Source of the DNA: Lama guanicoe | Lineage: Eukaryota | Length of the DNA stretch: 64,000 bases | NCBI GenBank assembly: GCA_013239625.1 | Contig: MU055928.1 | Span: forward strand, 4,342,499-4,406,498 | Direction of reading: 5' to 3' | Shown here: one piece after another, positions 12,801-26,029 of the stretch | Layout of the letters: the number at the start of each line of letters is the position of its first letter | Position numbering within the stretch: the stretch's first letter is position 1 | The notes under the pieces: model-generated | What the model was told of the DNA's origin: nothing | The model's database searches: none | The model's input: only the letters and a program-made list of their open reading frames with translations | Made by a program: the position numbers and the translations under genes

Positions 12801-12930
12801 TGCACAAACAGAACTTCCTGCCAATCACTGCCAGCTCTCAGAGAGGTTGTATTTATATACTGGTTTAATAAGGGGGGTTCTGCACAAACAGAACTTCCTG
12901 CCAATCACTGCCAGCTCTCAGAGAGGTTGT
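12801..12930. repeat. Perfect 50-bp direct repeat (12801-12850, 12881-12930) flanking a 30-bp insert
   Basis: tgcacaaacagaacttcctgccaatcactgccagctctcagagaggttgt occurs twice; insert 12852-12879 is the reverse complement of 12000-12027. Confidence 0.95.
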
Positions 12931-14750
12931 CTAAGCCTACGTGCTAAAGGGTCTCAACCCATAGGGACCCCTGTCAGCTCCTTCCCCACTGCCTTCGTAG
13001 TGCTGAGACTTCTCATCTCCCTGTCGCCCAGCTGGTGTCATGGATTAGCAGGTCTGTGATTAGAGGTGCCTCACTTATGTGGGAGACTGGAACGAAGCAT
13101 TCTCAATACCCATGGCAACTTGGTTTCCCTCACGTCAGCTACAGTGGGTGTGACTTTTTTGAATTAGGCAGGCTGAATCTTCTGAGCTCTCTTCAGAGAA
13201 ACCTACTGTGTTCATGACTAAGCCACAAAAAGGCTTACTGGCTTGAGTCACATTTGGAATGGGTAGACCTATGTGGATCCTAACAGTCAATGGCCACATG
13301 GTTTCCTTTAGAAAGACTTTTCTATTTAAAGGATTTTTAAGAGCTTTCATGCTAAACAAATGTCCTGTTAGTACCTATAGGAAATAAAATGAAAAGAACA
13401 GAAAAAGTACCAAAGTTGCCTAAAATACTTGCTTAAAACAACTGAAAAGCAGAAGTCATTCCAACTTTAGGCCCCTGGCCCCCTTTAGGGATTCTCAAGG
13501 GACTCAGTGACCCCCAAAAGCAACTCCCTGAGGCTAAAAGGGAAAAGGGGGCCAATTAGAAACAGACTGGATGTTTCATCCACTCAGACAACTTTGGAGA
13601 CACCCAGATGGCTACTTGTTGTCTGTCCAATCTCTTGCCTAAATTTTATTCTACAGCCTCCATAAGATTATACATCAGGGCAAAAGGAAAAATCTTAAAA
13701 ATCTTCTTTGTAAATATTGGCAGAAAGATTTTGCTCTCATATTGAGCAGGCAGCAACTTGTTCCATCTGCCAGAAAAGCAATTAAGATAAAATATAAAGT
13801 GGGGCAAAGTCGAAAACCAGCTCTTATTAAACTAGTGTATTTTGCATTACCGTGCAATGCCTGACTCACAGCTAAAATCTTAGAATGAAATCCGTAATAT
13901 CTCTATTTGCATCTGTTTGTCTGTTTGTATTTGCTGTATGTTACGTACATGTGGTATTTTCCTACGTCTGGATGGCATTATCAAATTAATTCATAAAATC
14001 CCTTAAAAGAGTTCTATTATAATTGACTTAGAGAAAAATAAGCTCTTTTATAAACTAAACATTCCTAAGCCTCTGGGAAGTATAGGAACTATCCCAAATA
14101 TTTTTCAAATCCATGTGATTTGGGTAATCTTTGGTAAATAAGACTGGTACAATATTGTTATTGGTTTAATAAAAATGGGTTTGTCTTCTGAGATATCAGC
14201 ACTGAGTATAATACAAGCATAAATTTCATTTTACCAGGTTTACTAGTCAAATAAGCTAATATTATATCTACTAGACATTTAAAACTATAAATATAATAAA
14301 TTCGATTTTAATCATATTGGGTCATTATTTTGAAAACTTTATTTTAAGAAAAATAATGTTTTATAATATGTCTCTCCCAAAATAATTTCCAAAATCTTTT
14401 TGGAAATGTAGCCTCAAAGTGATGGTAAGTTAAGTAATAGATATTCATTAAGTAGCTAAATCATTTCTAAATAGGATCAAATGCTGACACATTCATTATT
14501 CAGCTTAAGTTAAATTGTATTGTACTTTGGACTTCTTATTTGTATTTAATGTAAAGAGGCCAAAGATATGAATCTGTAAATAAACATAATCTTTTGCCAC
14601 ATTGAGATATTGTACTATAAAGAAGCATGTATCTTTAAAATTGTGAGATGGTATATTCGTAAATTTTGCTAATCTGCTACAATACCCTGATACATGATAG
14701 ACAAGTCACAACTCTCTACTTCCTAGCTTTATCTGTAACAGGAAGTTTTC

Positions 14751-15129
14751 TGTATTAGTGTCCTCAGGCTGTCATAACAAGGTTTCACAGACCAGCTGGC
14801 TTAAACAACAGACATTTATTTCTCCGTTGTTCTGGAGGTTGGAAGTCCAAGATCCAGGTGCCAACAAGCTTAGCTTTGGCTAAGAACTCTCTTCCTGGCT
14901 TAACCACAGCTGCCTCTCACAGCGTCCTCACAGAGCCTTTCCTCCGTGCGCGCACACACAGACAGGTCTCCGGGGTCTCTGCCTCTTCTTCTAAGGACAC
15001 TAGTTCTATCAGATTAGCATCTCTCCCTTATAACCTCATTTAACCTCAATAACCTCCTTAAAGATCCTTCCTCAAATATGCTCACACTAGGAATTAGAAA
15101 CACATAAATTTGAGGGGGGGTCTCTAACA
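14751..15129 (-). mobile_element. MaLR LTR (MLT1A-like) nested in the ERV internal region
   Basis: tgtattagt..ggctgtcataacaa..ggcttaaacaacagacatttatttct..gttctggaggttggaagtccaagatc matches the reverse MLT1A signature as recalled. Confidence 0.8.
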
Positions 15130-18100
15130 GTTACTAATTAAGTCCTTAACAGTTACTAACGACAAAAATAAATCATAATAAAAACGTGAATAAAAATACT
15201 AGAAATAATAGAGCGGAGGAAAACCACTTGGTATGAAAGTTATACAAGGAATGCAGGATGTGTTTACTGTTAAAAGAAAAAGGAGAGCAATTATGTCCTA
15301 AAGTCAGATGACTGGTTGTCCCACAATGAGAAAGAAGAAAAGAACAGGACAAAACCTGAATGGTACACAAAGATGTACAAGATTTGCAGAAAAGGAATTT
15401 CATGTTGAATGGTCAAAGCTGGCTAAGGTTGAATGGGTTGAATTTTTTATACCGATCTTAAAAATGAGGTTTTTTATTAATAGTACCTGAATGCAAAACT
15501 AGAGCTTTGTTTTTCTCTCTCTATTTAAACAACAAAATTTTCTTGGGCTATTGGTCTGCTCTTAATAAGGGATTGTAAAAACTTTCTCTTCAACCTTTAA
15601 GTAATCTGCCTAAAAAATAAAAATTCTGGGTCTTTTCAGAAAAATTTCCTGTGTTGTCGTTATCATGTTCTTGGCAGCTTAAGAAAACCAAGTCTTCTCA
15701 CTATTGAAAGAGCTAAGTTTTATCTCATTATCTCGCAACTTCCAAGAATTGCTTTTATAGTCTTTCATTGTCATTTTGTTGAATAGATAACCAAGTTTTG
15801 CTTCAGAGTGATTTATGATCCTATTTAATCAAGTGCTCAGACTTGTTGGCATTTTGCAACTTTGCTATTTTTGCCTTCTCAAAGTCAAATCCAAAATAAA
15901 ATCTTGGTCTTGAACTGACTTTGAAATATCCCAGAAGGACCCAGAAAATCTCAAAGGATTTGTTCTTTCACCTTGTGAAAAGAGAGATATTAAAAATTAA
16001 TTAGGTAAGTTGAATTGCATGAAAATTATTATCAACTAAGAAGAGATGCTTACCCTTTCCTGGCTTATATTTGTATGGGTAAATAGCATTAATATAAGTA
16101 TTCAGAAATTGTATGAAGTTCCTAGAGATTCTCACTATCCATGGTATGTCCTGGTACCGTTTTGCCAGCTAACAGAAAACAACAGGAAATATTATCAGTC
16201 ATAGCTCCAGTTTTCATTTTAAAATATTGCATGTCTCAGAAAGAACCAGATGTCTTTGCCAACTGCATTATTTTTATAATGAACTCTCATGAGATCTTTA
16301 ACCACTGCTATTTTAAGTCCTTTCTCAGCGACGGATAGTTAACAATTTTACTCTGATGCTTTCCTGAAAGCTCCAGCAATCAGCCACAGGCCAGGGTGTT
16401 TAACTTAACAAAAAGGAACTTTCCTAAAAACGCAGGAGAAAGGACTATGTCGGGTACTCTGGGGTAGAGGCTGCTGATGGCATTGCTTAAGTAACTTTGA
16501 GATCACACCACTGAACTAAGTCACGATTTCTACAACTCTAGTGGAGAAGCTGATCGGTTCCTGAAACTGCTAATCCAGGATCAAGCAGAACGAGAATTAC
16601 ATGGGACTGAATGAACTATGTCATAAAGGATGAGTGTGGCTTTTGTTTGAAATATTGCTGCTGGCTTTAAAAACCCCTTCTCTTTTCTCTTAAGCTATCT
16701 GTAGCTTACAATTTTGTACATTATACTTTTGTACACAAACGAAGCATTTAAACATTTATCTTTTTCTCTCCACCTGATCCCTCTCTCACATTCTTACCTC
16801 TGTTGGATGGAAAATATTTTCTATATTCTCTGTCCTCAATATTCTACTTGATCTAGTTCTAAATTATATTTCTAGTATTTAATGGTAACTTTACATTGGC
16901 AGGTGCATTCTTAGAAGTACTTAGCATGAGTCCCCTAATGTTGTGGAGTCTTGTGGTCCACGGATGTGTGAATCAAAGTTGGGAGACCCTGTAGAAAAAG
17001 TTCATAAAGTAGGGCTTGCAGGAACCAAGCTGCAATAGCGCCATTCAATCTCAGTTCAACACGAACTGGGAGGGTCACTTTGGTTTCATGCAAATAAGAC
17101 TGAGAGGAGAGAAAAGAAAGAAGCCCACGTAGCTACTGATCACACACCCAACCAGAGAAGCTGCTGGGCATGTGGACCATGGGCAGGACCCAAAGGGAGG
17201 CTGTGCAGCTCCTCTCTGAGGCGACCCTCAAACAGACTGGGCTGAGGATGACTGGTTCCCCCAAGAACACAGGGCACCTAAAATAGAGGCCACCAACTTC
17301 AGACAGAACCAAGCCAAATCCAAGTAATATCAGGCACCGCCTCCACGACTAGCAGGAAGTCAGCCGCCTTCACCTCTTGCCCCGACTCTTCCCAAGTCAG
17401 GAGAGCTGGGACTGTCAGAGGAAACGGGAGGAAAAGAAGATGCCTCAGAACCAGACTACAATCAGCCTTGGCCCCAGCTGATCACGTCAAGCCACCAGGG
17501 CTACAGTTGTAGCTTGGGATGGCAGAAAGGAGGAGCCAGATTTTGGAGATTTAAATTGGAAATTGAGCGCTAGAGTAAGTTAAAAAAAAATTAAAGTGAC
17601 TGGAAAACTTGGGAGTCAGCTAGTGACTTGTAAGGATGGGAAAGAGGGAAGCAGTTTAACATAACTGAAAGTAACAACTAGGAAAAAATAATTAGAAAAA
17701 AAATAAAAACAGTCCCATGTTATACCCAGCACACTGAGATGTCCTCCACATCAGTGACACTGGCTGATCGGTAGTTCCTTCCACCTGTCCTCCTGGACAC
17801 TCAGTCCAGAGCCAGCTAGCTCCGAGCTACTGCCCCTAAGAGATGGTCGGGCCCGCTAGGTAGCAGGCAACTTGGTTCAGGTCCTGGTCACGGGCTGATT
17901 CTGTCCTCCCTGCTAAGCACACAGCTTTCTGGGAATCACTGTCCCAGGCAGCAGCTGGTGGAAGGAGGGACGGCCATGAAGGGACGGCTCCTAATTTATG
18001 TAGTGAGGCTGGCTTTGGGGCACTCTTTTCTCCTCCTGCCCCTCAAGCCCCTGAGCTACTCTGCTTCTAGTCCCGGAGCCCAGCAAGCCCACACTGGACC

Positions 18101-19029
18101 TCAGCTCACCGCAGCCTGGCATTTCTGCCCCCTCTCAGGTCTGCCTAGAGGTCTAATTTTAAATGTTCACAACATTATTATATTATGTTTTTAAAATATT
18201 TTATCTAGCTTTGCTGAATACTTCGAGCAGAGGGGCCTCAAAATATGAATATATTATACCACATAGACCAGAAGTCAGAGAAGTCAGAGTTATTTTTTAT
18301 AAACTCTTAAATATGATCTTTGTCCTCCACTTTCCCCTAAAACACTAGGGCTTCCAACCTAGTTCAGTAAGCAGTACCTAAACAAGGAGCTGCATGGCTT
18401 CGCCTAAAAAGGGCTCCAGGACTCAAGATAACGCAAATGAGTTAACACATATGAAACATTTCAAATAGAGTCTGAAACACGGTAAATGCTTAGGAAATAT
18501 TATCTATATATCTGTTTAAGCTTATAATTAAGTCTGAGGCTAGATTTCTCAAAAAAAAATTATAGACTTGAACTCCAGCATCACTGCCAATTTGTAGTGC
18601 AGTGAAACAAACAAAAGTAGATACGGTGTCATTTTTTTAAAAAATCAGAATCTACTGTGACACTCCCTAATGAAAACACTAATTAAAATTAATAAAAGGC
18701 ACCATCCTGCCGCTGCTGCCATCTGACCCTCTATCCCCCCAGGTAGGGTTAGGCGTGTGTTCTCCAGTGTTATGACATGATTTGAGAACACGTACCAACT
18801 TTCCTGTTCCTTAAGCTATTAGTATAATGTTCTGAAGTCAACAAACAAAAGTGTGGTGACCTGAAGGGTACCATAAGTTTGAGAAGCCAGAGAGAAATCA
18901 AAAGGAGAGGTTTAAAAGTGAATCCACCCTTATGTTCCAAAACTTTATTACTATATGCCACTTCCCTCTTTGTTTTTAATGTGCTGGATCCCACCACAGC
19001 TGCAAATTAATTTTCTCTGCTCCCTAAAC

Positions 19030-19240
19030 NNNNNNNNNNNNNNNNNNNNNNNNNNNNNNNNNNNNNNNNNNNNNNNNNNNNNNNNNNNNNNNNNNNNNNN
19101 NNNNNNNNNNNNNNNNNNNNNNNNNNNNNNNNNNNNNNNNNNNNNNNNNNNNNNNNNNNNNNNNNNNNNNNNNNNNNNNNNNNNNNNNNNNNNNNNNNNN
19201 NNNNNNNNNNNNNNNNNNNNNNNNNNNNNNNNNNNNNNNN
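19030..19240. other. Assembly gap (211 N)
   Basis: Run of n. Confidence 0.99.
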
Positions 19241-21292
19241 NATAGATGTTACAATTTGTATTTATTTCTCCCAGCACTAAATGGTTCTTCAATTTCAGAA
19301 CTATCATTAATTTCTTATAAATGCAAATCTTCATTTCTTATTTTAATCTACAATGAGTTCTCTGAGTCTTCAGAAGATTAACTTTTACATAAAATATTCA
19401 AATAGCAATTATAAATGAGACTTTGTTTTCCCTGGGCAATCTATTAGCTATTACGCATAAACTAGTTTAAAGGAATGGGTGGTCTATATTGATCAGGGAT
19501 ATAATGGACTAATAATGTGGTCCTCCTTCCTTTTAAATGATCCCCTCACAACTCCAAATCCAATCATTAAGAAAAACCTTTTCAATGTTTGTGACTATCT
19601 TTAAATTGTCTTGCCTACCTCCTTAAACCTCCCCTGTTACGATATTTTCTTTCAGAACCTCTGGAAAGACCTGAACCACCACGTTGATCTTAATCAAGAG
19701 AAAGCTGCAACTGTTTTGCCCTCACTTTTCTTTGACTGCCATCTCAAGGCAGAAACACTTGTGAATCTTTACCTGAAGACACAAACTGGAAGGCAAAGGA
19801 GGCAAACCCTGAGCACACCCCAGGGTCAGACTGCGGGCGCTCTCCTGCGGCGGGTCCATCCTCGCCTGAGCCGGGCCCCCAGCCCGGGGCTCTGCTTAGC
19901 CAAAGCTCCACTACACTCATCCAGAGTTTGAGGACTTCCCTGGAGCAAATTCTCCACCGTTCAAACCTCCCAGCCCTCTCTCCTCTAAAACTTAGAAGAC
20001 AGAACAACAGAATCTTCAGGATTCCAAGCCAACCAGCTCTGAATTCTATTTGTCAGGTCTGACATCCTTCCTGGCCTAAGTCATTCATCACCGTTTTGTC
20101 TTCACTGCTCATCTCTTTAACTTATGATGGGAGGCCCCTTGTGAATATGCTATTGATTCTACATAGAAAAACAATAGTTGATTTAGAGCCTGTGTTATCT
20201 CTCTTAAAAAAAAAAGAAAAAACCTAGTGCTAATACATGTTCAACATCAAGTCACAGAGAGTGACATCAATAGCTCAAAAATAATGGAAATCACACTGCT
20301 TTGAAGATACATCAATGAAGAATTCACAATTCGCTCCACAAAACTTCCGTGGGTATCTACCCTGTATCAGCGGTTGTGTCAGGGCCCTGTAATATAGTCG
20401 AAAGTGAACTGTCCTTGAAGCCAACAAACTTAACCTTCAGGCCCCTCACTAGCCTGGGCCGCTTCCAGCCCTGGAAGAAGTTAAAAACTATTTTTGCATT
20501 GACATGAGTTTTTGTAAGATTTGCAAACATGAGGGATGTATGTATTCTTTAAGAGGGCCTCCCAGATTTCCTAAGTCTCAGGCTACATAAAAACTAGAAT
20601 TTACCCCAATGTCAAGGGAAATGTCACACAACTATTTCCTAGGCCAGGGGTTACGCAGGGCATTAACTTTCTAACTGGGAAACACAAATGGTACCAAAAT
20701 GCATCCAAATAAATCTGACAGAAAGCCTTACTTGAAAGAGGCAGGCTAAATTAAAGTCACTTCTGCCTGTCATGTCTGGGTCAGATAAATTTCCTTTCAG
20801 GAACTTGGATGTCTTCTGTTAAATCTTTCTTGTACAGGTTAAAAGAGTTCAGCCTTCTCATCAAAGATAATTGGCCTTACTATTCAACATCCTTTTGTTT
20901 ATCAAAATTAAATTAAGGTCAGGATCAGGGTCCTAAAGCAATATATTGCTGAGACTGAGGATATGGGATGGGAGGAAGTAGAGAACACAGATAATAATCT
21001 TCAATTATCAGATGATGCCACCTTCCTAAGGTCAAAAAGTCTAAGACAAAGATGAGGTAAGTTTCAGATAAAAGTTTTATTACAGATTTCTCTCATTGAA
21101 AAACTATTTGAGTAAGTTAGGAAAGCTATCATCTCTCTCCCTGATAACACTTAAATACAGCAGATGTTCTAATCTTCCACAGAATCATGGCTACTGCAAA
21201 GGAGAATCCATCCTCCAATAGGTTTTTTTTCCCCTTTAAATTTACATTTAAAAAAGTAATGGCAGTTTTCCATGGTGAGGGAATCTCCTAGA

Positions 21293-21503
21293 TGAGTGTT
21301 TCTCAGAGGGTGGTCTCTGAGAAGCAGCAGCAGCAGCAGCAGCAGCAGCAGAGATACCTGGGACTTGCAAGAAATGCACATTCTTGGGCCCCACCTAGAT
21401 GTACTGAATCAGAAATTCTCCAGGTGCAGCCCTGCAGCCTGTGTTTTAACCAGCCCTCCAGATGATTCCTACACACCCTACAGTTTGAGAATCGCAGCCC
21501 TAG
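21293..21503. mobile_element. MER5A hAT-Charlie MITE containing an expanded (CAG)9
   Basis: gtttctcagagggtggtc..cagcagc..gaaatgcacattcttgggccccacctagatgtactgaatcagaa..gttttaaccagccctccagatgattc..cagtttgagaatcgc; (CAG)9 at 21325-21351. Confidence 0.85.
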
Positions 21504-23879
21504 AGATCTGCCGAAGATCAACCCCGTCAGCAGCGCACACACCCTTTCCCTATGGTCATAAGGCAACTAACCAATTTAATTCTATAAATTAAAACCTTTT
21601 ATTTTACTCTAAAGAGGTCAAAAGTCAGATCCAGTTTTGTCCATTGTGTCCGACTCACACACCGTACAATTTGCAATCATAAAATATACACTATTGACAC
21701 GTCTAGAAATCATCTCAGCTCAGTGTTCCCAATGATTCTCCAGCTGTGACAAGGATCTGATCATCTTAGGAGCCTGACAAATACTAAAGGTAGAGAACCA
21801 CCGCTCACTGAATATATCCCATCTCTGAGTCTCAGGAACTGCTGCTCTGGTGCTGAAATGAAGAGACACCACACTCAAAGGCCAATTTCAAAGTGCAATC
21901 TACGATTCCTGGCCACCACCTGTTTATGGAGCAACCGCCAAACAGAAAAAATACTGGTCCTGTCATTTATTTCCTTATGAAACCCTCTTCTACAATTCTT
22001 TCCTGCAAGGATCACCCCCTTTTCTAAATTCTTATTTCACTTAAGGCCTAACTTATATTATGTACCAGTCACTTACATATAATTCTTGGCTTTTCTTGCT
22101 CTTTATTATTTTCCCGTGTTCTCTTTCTTACAACATTACATAGTCTTTGAGGACAGGGGCCCCATCCTAGCATCTTCCATCATGTCTAGCTCCTAGACAT
22201 CTCCCTAGGTACCCAATAAATTGTTACGTGAGCCCTAGCCTTACAACTGTCCCATCCTGAATGCCCCATGTGTGTCGTTTCTCCCACTGTCACCGTATGT
22301 GTAATTCTAGGCTTTGTCTTGCAGCTCTTTGGTCGTGAGTCTGTCTGTCCAGGATGCCTTAAACACCTTAAGGGCACAGTCAGTGTCTTAAGCATTTCTG
22401 CAGCTCCTCTGGGCTTCACAGTGCAACTGGGGCATCACAGGTACTCAATACATATTGATTGGCTTGAATAGACTAAGGATGGCATTCCGATCTATCCCCA
22501 AATCAGCTCTGTATAAGCAGGATTTTCTGAGGACAAAAGAGAGGTCAGGAGATCCATCATCCCCTTTCATGGGATTTTTTTTAAACCTTAATCACACATT
22601 TTAAAAAGCCACAAGGTTTAGTAGAAGCAGCACAAATGTTGGACATTCAGTAGCCCTAGTTGAAATCAGAGCTGCCACTACTTTGTTTTTTAATATTCCC
22701 TTTTTAAAATGTTCAATTTGGCAGAAGTCCTTTCTGGATCTTTAAGTTTGTAAAAACCCAAGCCACACCTGAATGAACGATCATAACAATGTAAGCAATT
22801 AATTTTTTAAAAACTTGAAGAAATGGTTCTACTTGTTCTTCCTCCTGCTCAGTCGCCTCAGATAACCACTGTCAGCCATCTAGTGTGTTCAGTTCTGGTT
22901 CTTTTTATCCCCATTCGTAGACATGTGTCTGTGTGCGTGTATATATACATAAACATAAATATACATCCACACATCCTTTTTCTTTGTATTTTTTAAATAG
23001 GTCCATGTTAAATATTCATTATTGTGTTACAGTTTTTCACTTAATTTTCATCTCTTTCAACATCTAATGCCAATTTATATAGTTTGTCTCCTGTTTTAAC
23101 AGAACTAACACTTTGTTGCTATGTGCCTTCGAGAAGGATGATGGATGCTCTGGCCTCAGTTTCCACATCAGTAAACTGAAAATAGTATCTTCTTCAAAGA
23201 GAAGGGATAAAGATGAAATAAAATAATGTTTGCAAATCACCTAAGCGACTGGTGCTGAATAAAACATAGCTATTGTGGGTGTTACTGTTACTACCTTTGA
23301 ACGACAGCAATCAGACTGGGAAATTCCTGTCTTGCTTTCCGGGCTGACCCTTAGTGGGATTTTGGGGAATCAACAGAAGAATAAAACCTGTGATGTCCTC
23401 AATGTCATAATTCACTGTTTGCAGGAGGACTTGTTTCCTTACTTATGAAACAGGAAGTCAGCGGGACTCAGCGGGAACTTGGATTTGCTCCTGGTGCCTC
23501 GTCCCCTCAGGGCTACAGAAGTGTAAGGGTGAGGAGAATTAATCTGCCTCCTAATTGCCCTCCAGGGAATCAGCCAAGCCAGTTCACCTTTTCATTAACC
23601 AGAACCTAATATAGAAAGACCTGCTCACAGCGGCAGTGGTCTGACACTAAATGGTGACAAAAACAATACCCACTGGCCGTTGCAGTCTACAGCTGTTCCG
23701 CCTTCTGCCTCTGCCTTCCTGCTACAAGAAGTTGAGCCCTGCACGTCTATCAGGTCTGTATTTAAGAGAGCATCTCAATACGTACATTTTAAATCAGATC
23801 CGAACTGCTGATCAAAACTGTTTGAAATTTTCCAGATGCAAGTACATTTATTCTACAGCACTTCTGAAAATAAGGGGGA

Positions 23880-24019
23880 NNNNNNNNNNNNNNNNNNNNN
23901 NNNNNNNNNNNNNNNNNNNNNNNNNNNNNNNNNNNNNNNNNNNNNNNNNNNNNNNNNNNNNNNNNNNNNNNNNNNNNNNNNNNNNNNNNNNNNNNNNNNN
24001 NNNNNNNNNNNNNNNNNNN
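23880..24019. other. Assembly gap (140 N)
   Basis: Run of n. Confidence 0.99.
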
Positions 24020-24338
24020 GGTTATGCTTTGTATAAATATCAATTCATCCTTTGCTGTGACTACGGTCTTATTTAAATGACTAAGTCAATTTGACAGTAC
24101 ATTCATGAAAAAGAGAGCCTTTTAAGAGTTTTGCTCTTATGTGGTCTAGAATACTAATGGAGGTTAATTGTCAAAACAAGCCCAGCACAGACTTCAGAAT
24201 TATCTCTGCATTTTAGTGATAGAACAATGTAACCACATTTTTATGTGACCTGCTGACCTAATACCATGAATAACATAATGGCTATTATGAATCTCCGTGT
24301 CTGCTTCCTGAAAACCAGAGAGCTCTCCTTTTTAATAT

Positions 24339-24494
24339 NNNNNNNNNNNNNNNNNNNNNNNNNNNNNNNNNNNNNNNNNNNNNNNNNNNNNNNNNNNNNN
24401 NNNNNNNNNNNNNNNNNNNNNNNNNNNNNNNNNNNNNNNNNNNNNNNNNNNNNNNNNNNNNNNNNNNNNNNNNNNNNNNNNNNNNNNNNNNNNN
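24339..24494. other. Assembly gap (156 N)
   Basis: Run of n. Confidence 0.99.
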
Positions 24495-26029
24495 GTAACA
24501 GAAAATACCAAATTAAGTTTTCAGAGGCAGGGAAATTTCAAGTCTGCAGTCATTTTAATTCCATCTGAGGCAAGGATATAATTTATTACTGTATTCAGAA
24601 TTCATGTTCTCTTTTTCCAAAACACCAATTTTAATTAGAGAACATAGACCCAAAAGAGTAGAAATAGGGGGAAAAAATGCCTTTTAGTGGCCCACACTAA
24701 ATCACTATCTTCTCCTTCTAGGGACAGTAGGTACCTGTTATGAAGTAGGCAATTGCCCTGAGTGAATATCAAAAGATTATATTCAGTGAGCCTCTTCCTA
24801 TCAAGTGGCCCTCACGAGCCTCGAAAGAGCAGTGAGGTATCTTCCATCTGGCAAATATCCCAACTGCTTTTCTTCCCTTTGCTCCTGGTTTTTCATATTC
24901 AAATCTCACAAATCACGATGTCTTCCAAAACGATCTCGAAGTTTTTCTCATCAAATACAAGAAGATGCAAAAAACCTCTGTTGCCAACTATATGTACTTT
25001 TTATAAATAGAGTAGGATTTTTAACAGAATAGAAACAGGACATAAAAACAGACCTAGAAGCTAGAAAACAGATGGCAACAAAAGATACCGGTATTTATCC
25101 CTGGGTGCTGTTAAGAGGAGAGTGAAAATAATCAGTCCATTTTGGATTCTTCTAAGATTTTTGAATAAAATAAATTCTCATAGCTTCTACTGAAGTCACA
25201 GGTCCTTTAAAGACAGGGAACAGGTGCACGGTGTTTAAGATTTCTAGTTCACGGCTGCCCGATGAGAAATCCAAAGCTGGAATCCTTTGCTAAGACATTA
25301 CCATGATAAATCCAACCCTGAAATCATTCAAAGGCTTCACCTAAGAAGGCTGTATTTGAAAGTTGGGGTTAGATTAATTTAAAAAGTCACTCTGTTTGTT
25401 CATTCAACAAATATTTTTGAAATACAGGAAAGCTTTCAAAATAAAGCATCTGCAAAGTAATTCCTAGGGGAAAGAAATCTCCATAAATAACAAGAGGGCA
25501 GGAAGAGCTTGTCATAAACTTATTTAAAATTCCTGTGATCTCCGAATATGTGGGTGACAACACACGGAGACACACCAACATCTTCAAGGATACCTGAAAG
25601 AGAAATCTGTTCACAGCAAACTGGAACCAGCACCGATGAGCCTGACCTCATTTATTATGCAAACTAAACTGATGCAAAACTAAAATGGAGTACACTTTGC
25701 ATATTTGCTTCTAAGTTTAGCTTCTGCGGGACAGAGACCTCAACCCACCATTTTTCTCTTCTGCACTCACACAGTAGCTGTATTATCTTTAAATGTGTGC
25801 TACTTACTTCCTCAGTATGCAGAGAAGCTATTCCCCAACCTAGACGGTGAGCAATTAAAAGGCAGGGGGATGTCTTTTGCATGATTTTATTTCCCTTCAT
25901 TACTTTCCATTGAGCAGAGCCAGGCACAAAGCAGAGGCTTCAGGCAAGGGATGGAAGGAGGGATGGGAAAAAAGAAAGAGAGGCAGCCAAAAGAGAAGCA
26001 AGTTTCAATTCCAAGGACTTGCTTATCAA

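Larger units (their letters stand above)
12160..16790 (+). mobile_element. Degenerate ERV1 internal region (non-autonomous MER4-group-like), antisense to host gene, no intact gag/pol
   Basis: Leader and AT-rich internal sequence typical of MER4-group internals; no long ORF; no 3' LTR seen; end approximate. Confidence 0.6.

Noticed and set aside
12801-12930. Repeat-spacer-repeat with a self-matching 30-bp spacer, resembling a minimal CRISPR array
   Set aside because: Mammalian ERV context, only two non-palindromic 50-bp repeats and no cas genes; explained by a templated insertion.
12089-13869. ORFs in the ERV as gag/pol/env
   Set aside because: Short, with no MHR, zinc-knuckle, protease or RT motifs.
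18951-24568. ORFs containing X runs
   Set aside because: Artefacts of reading through N gaps.
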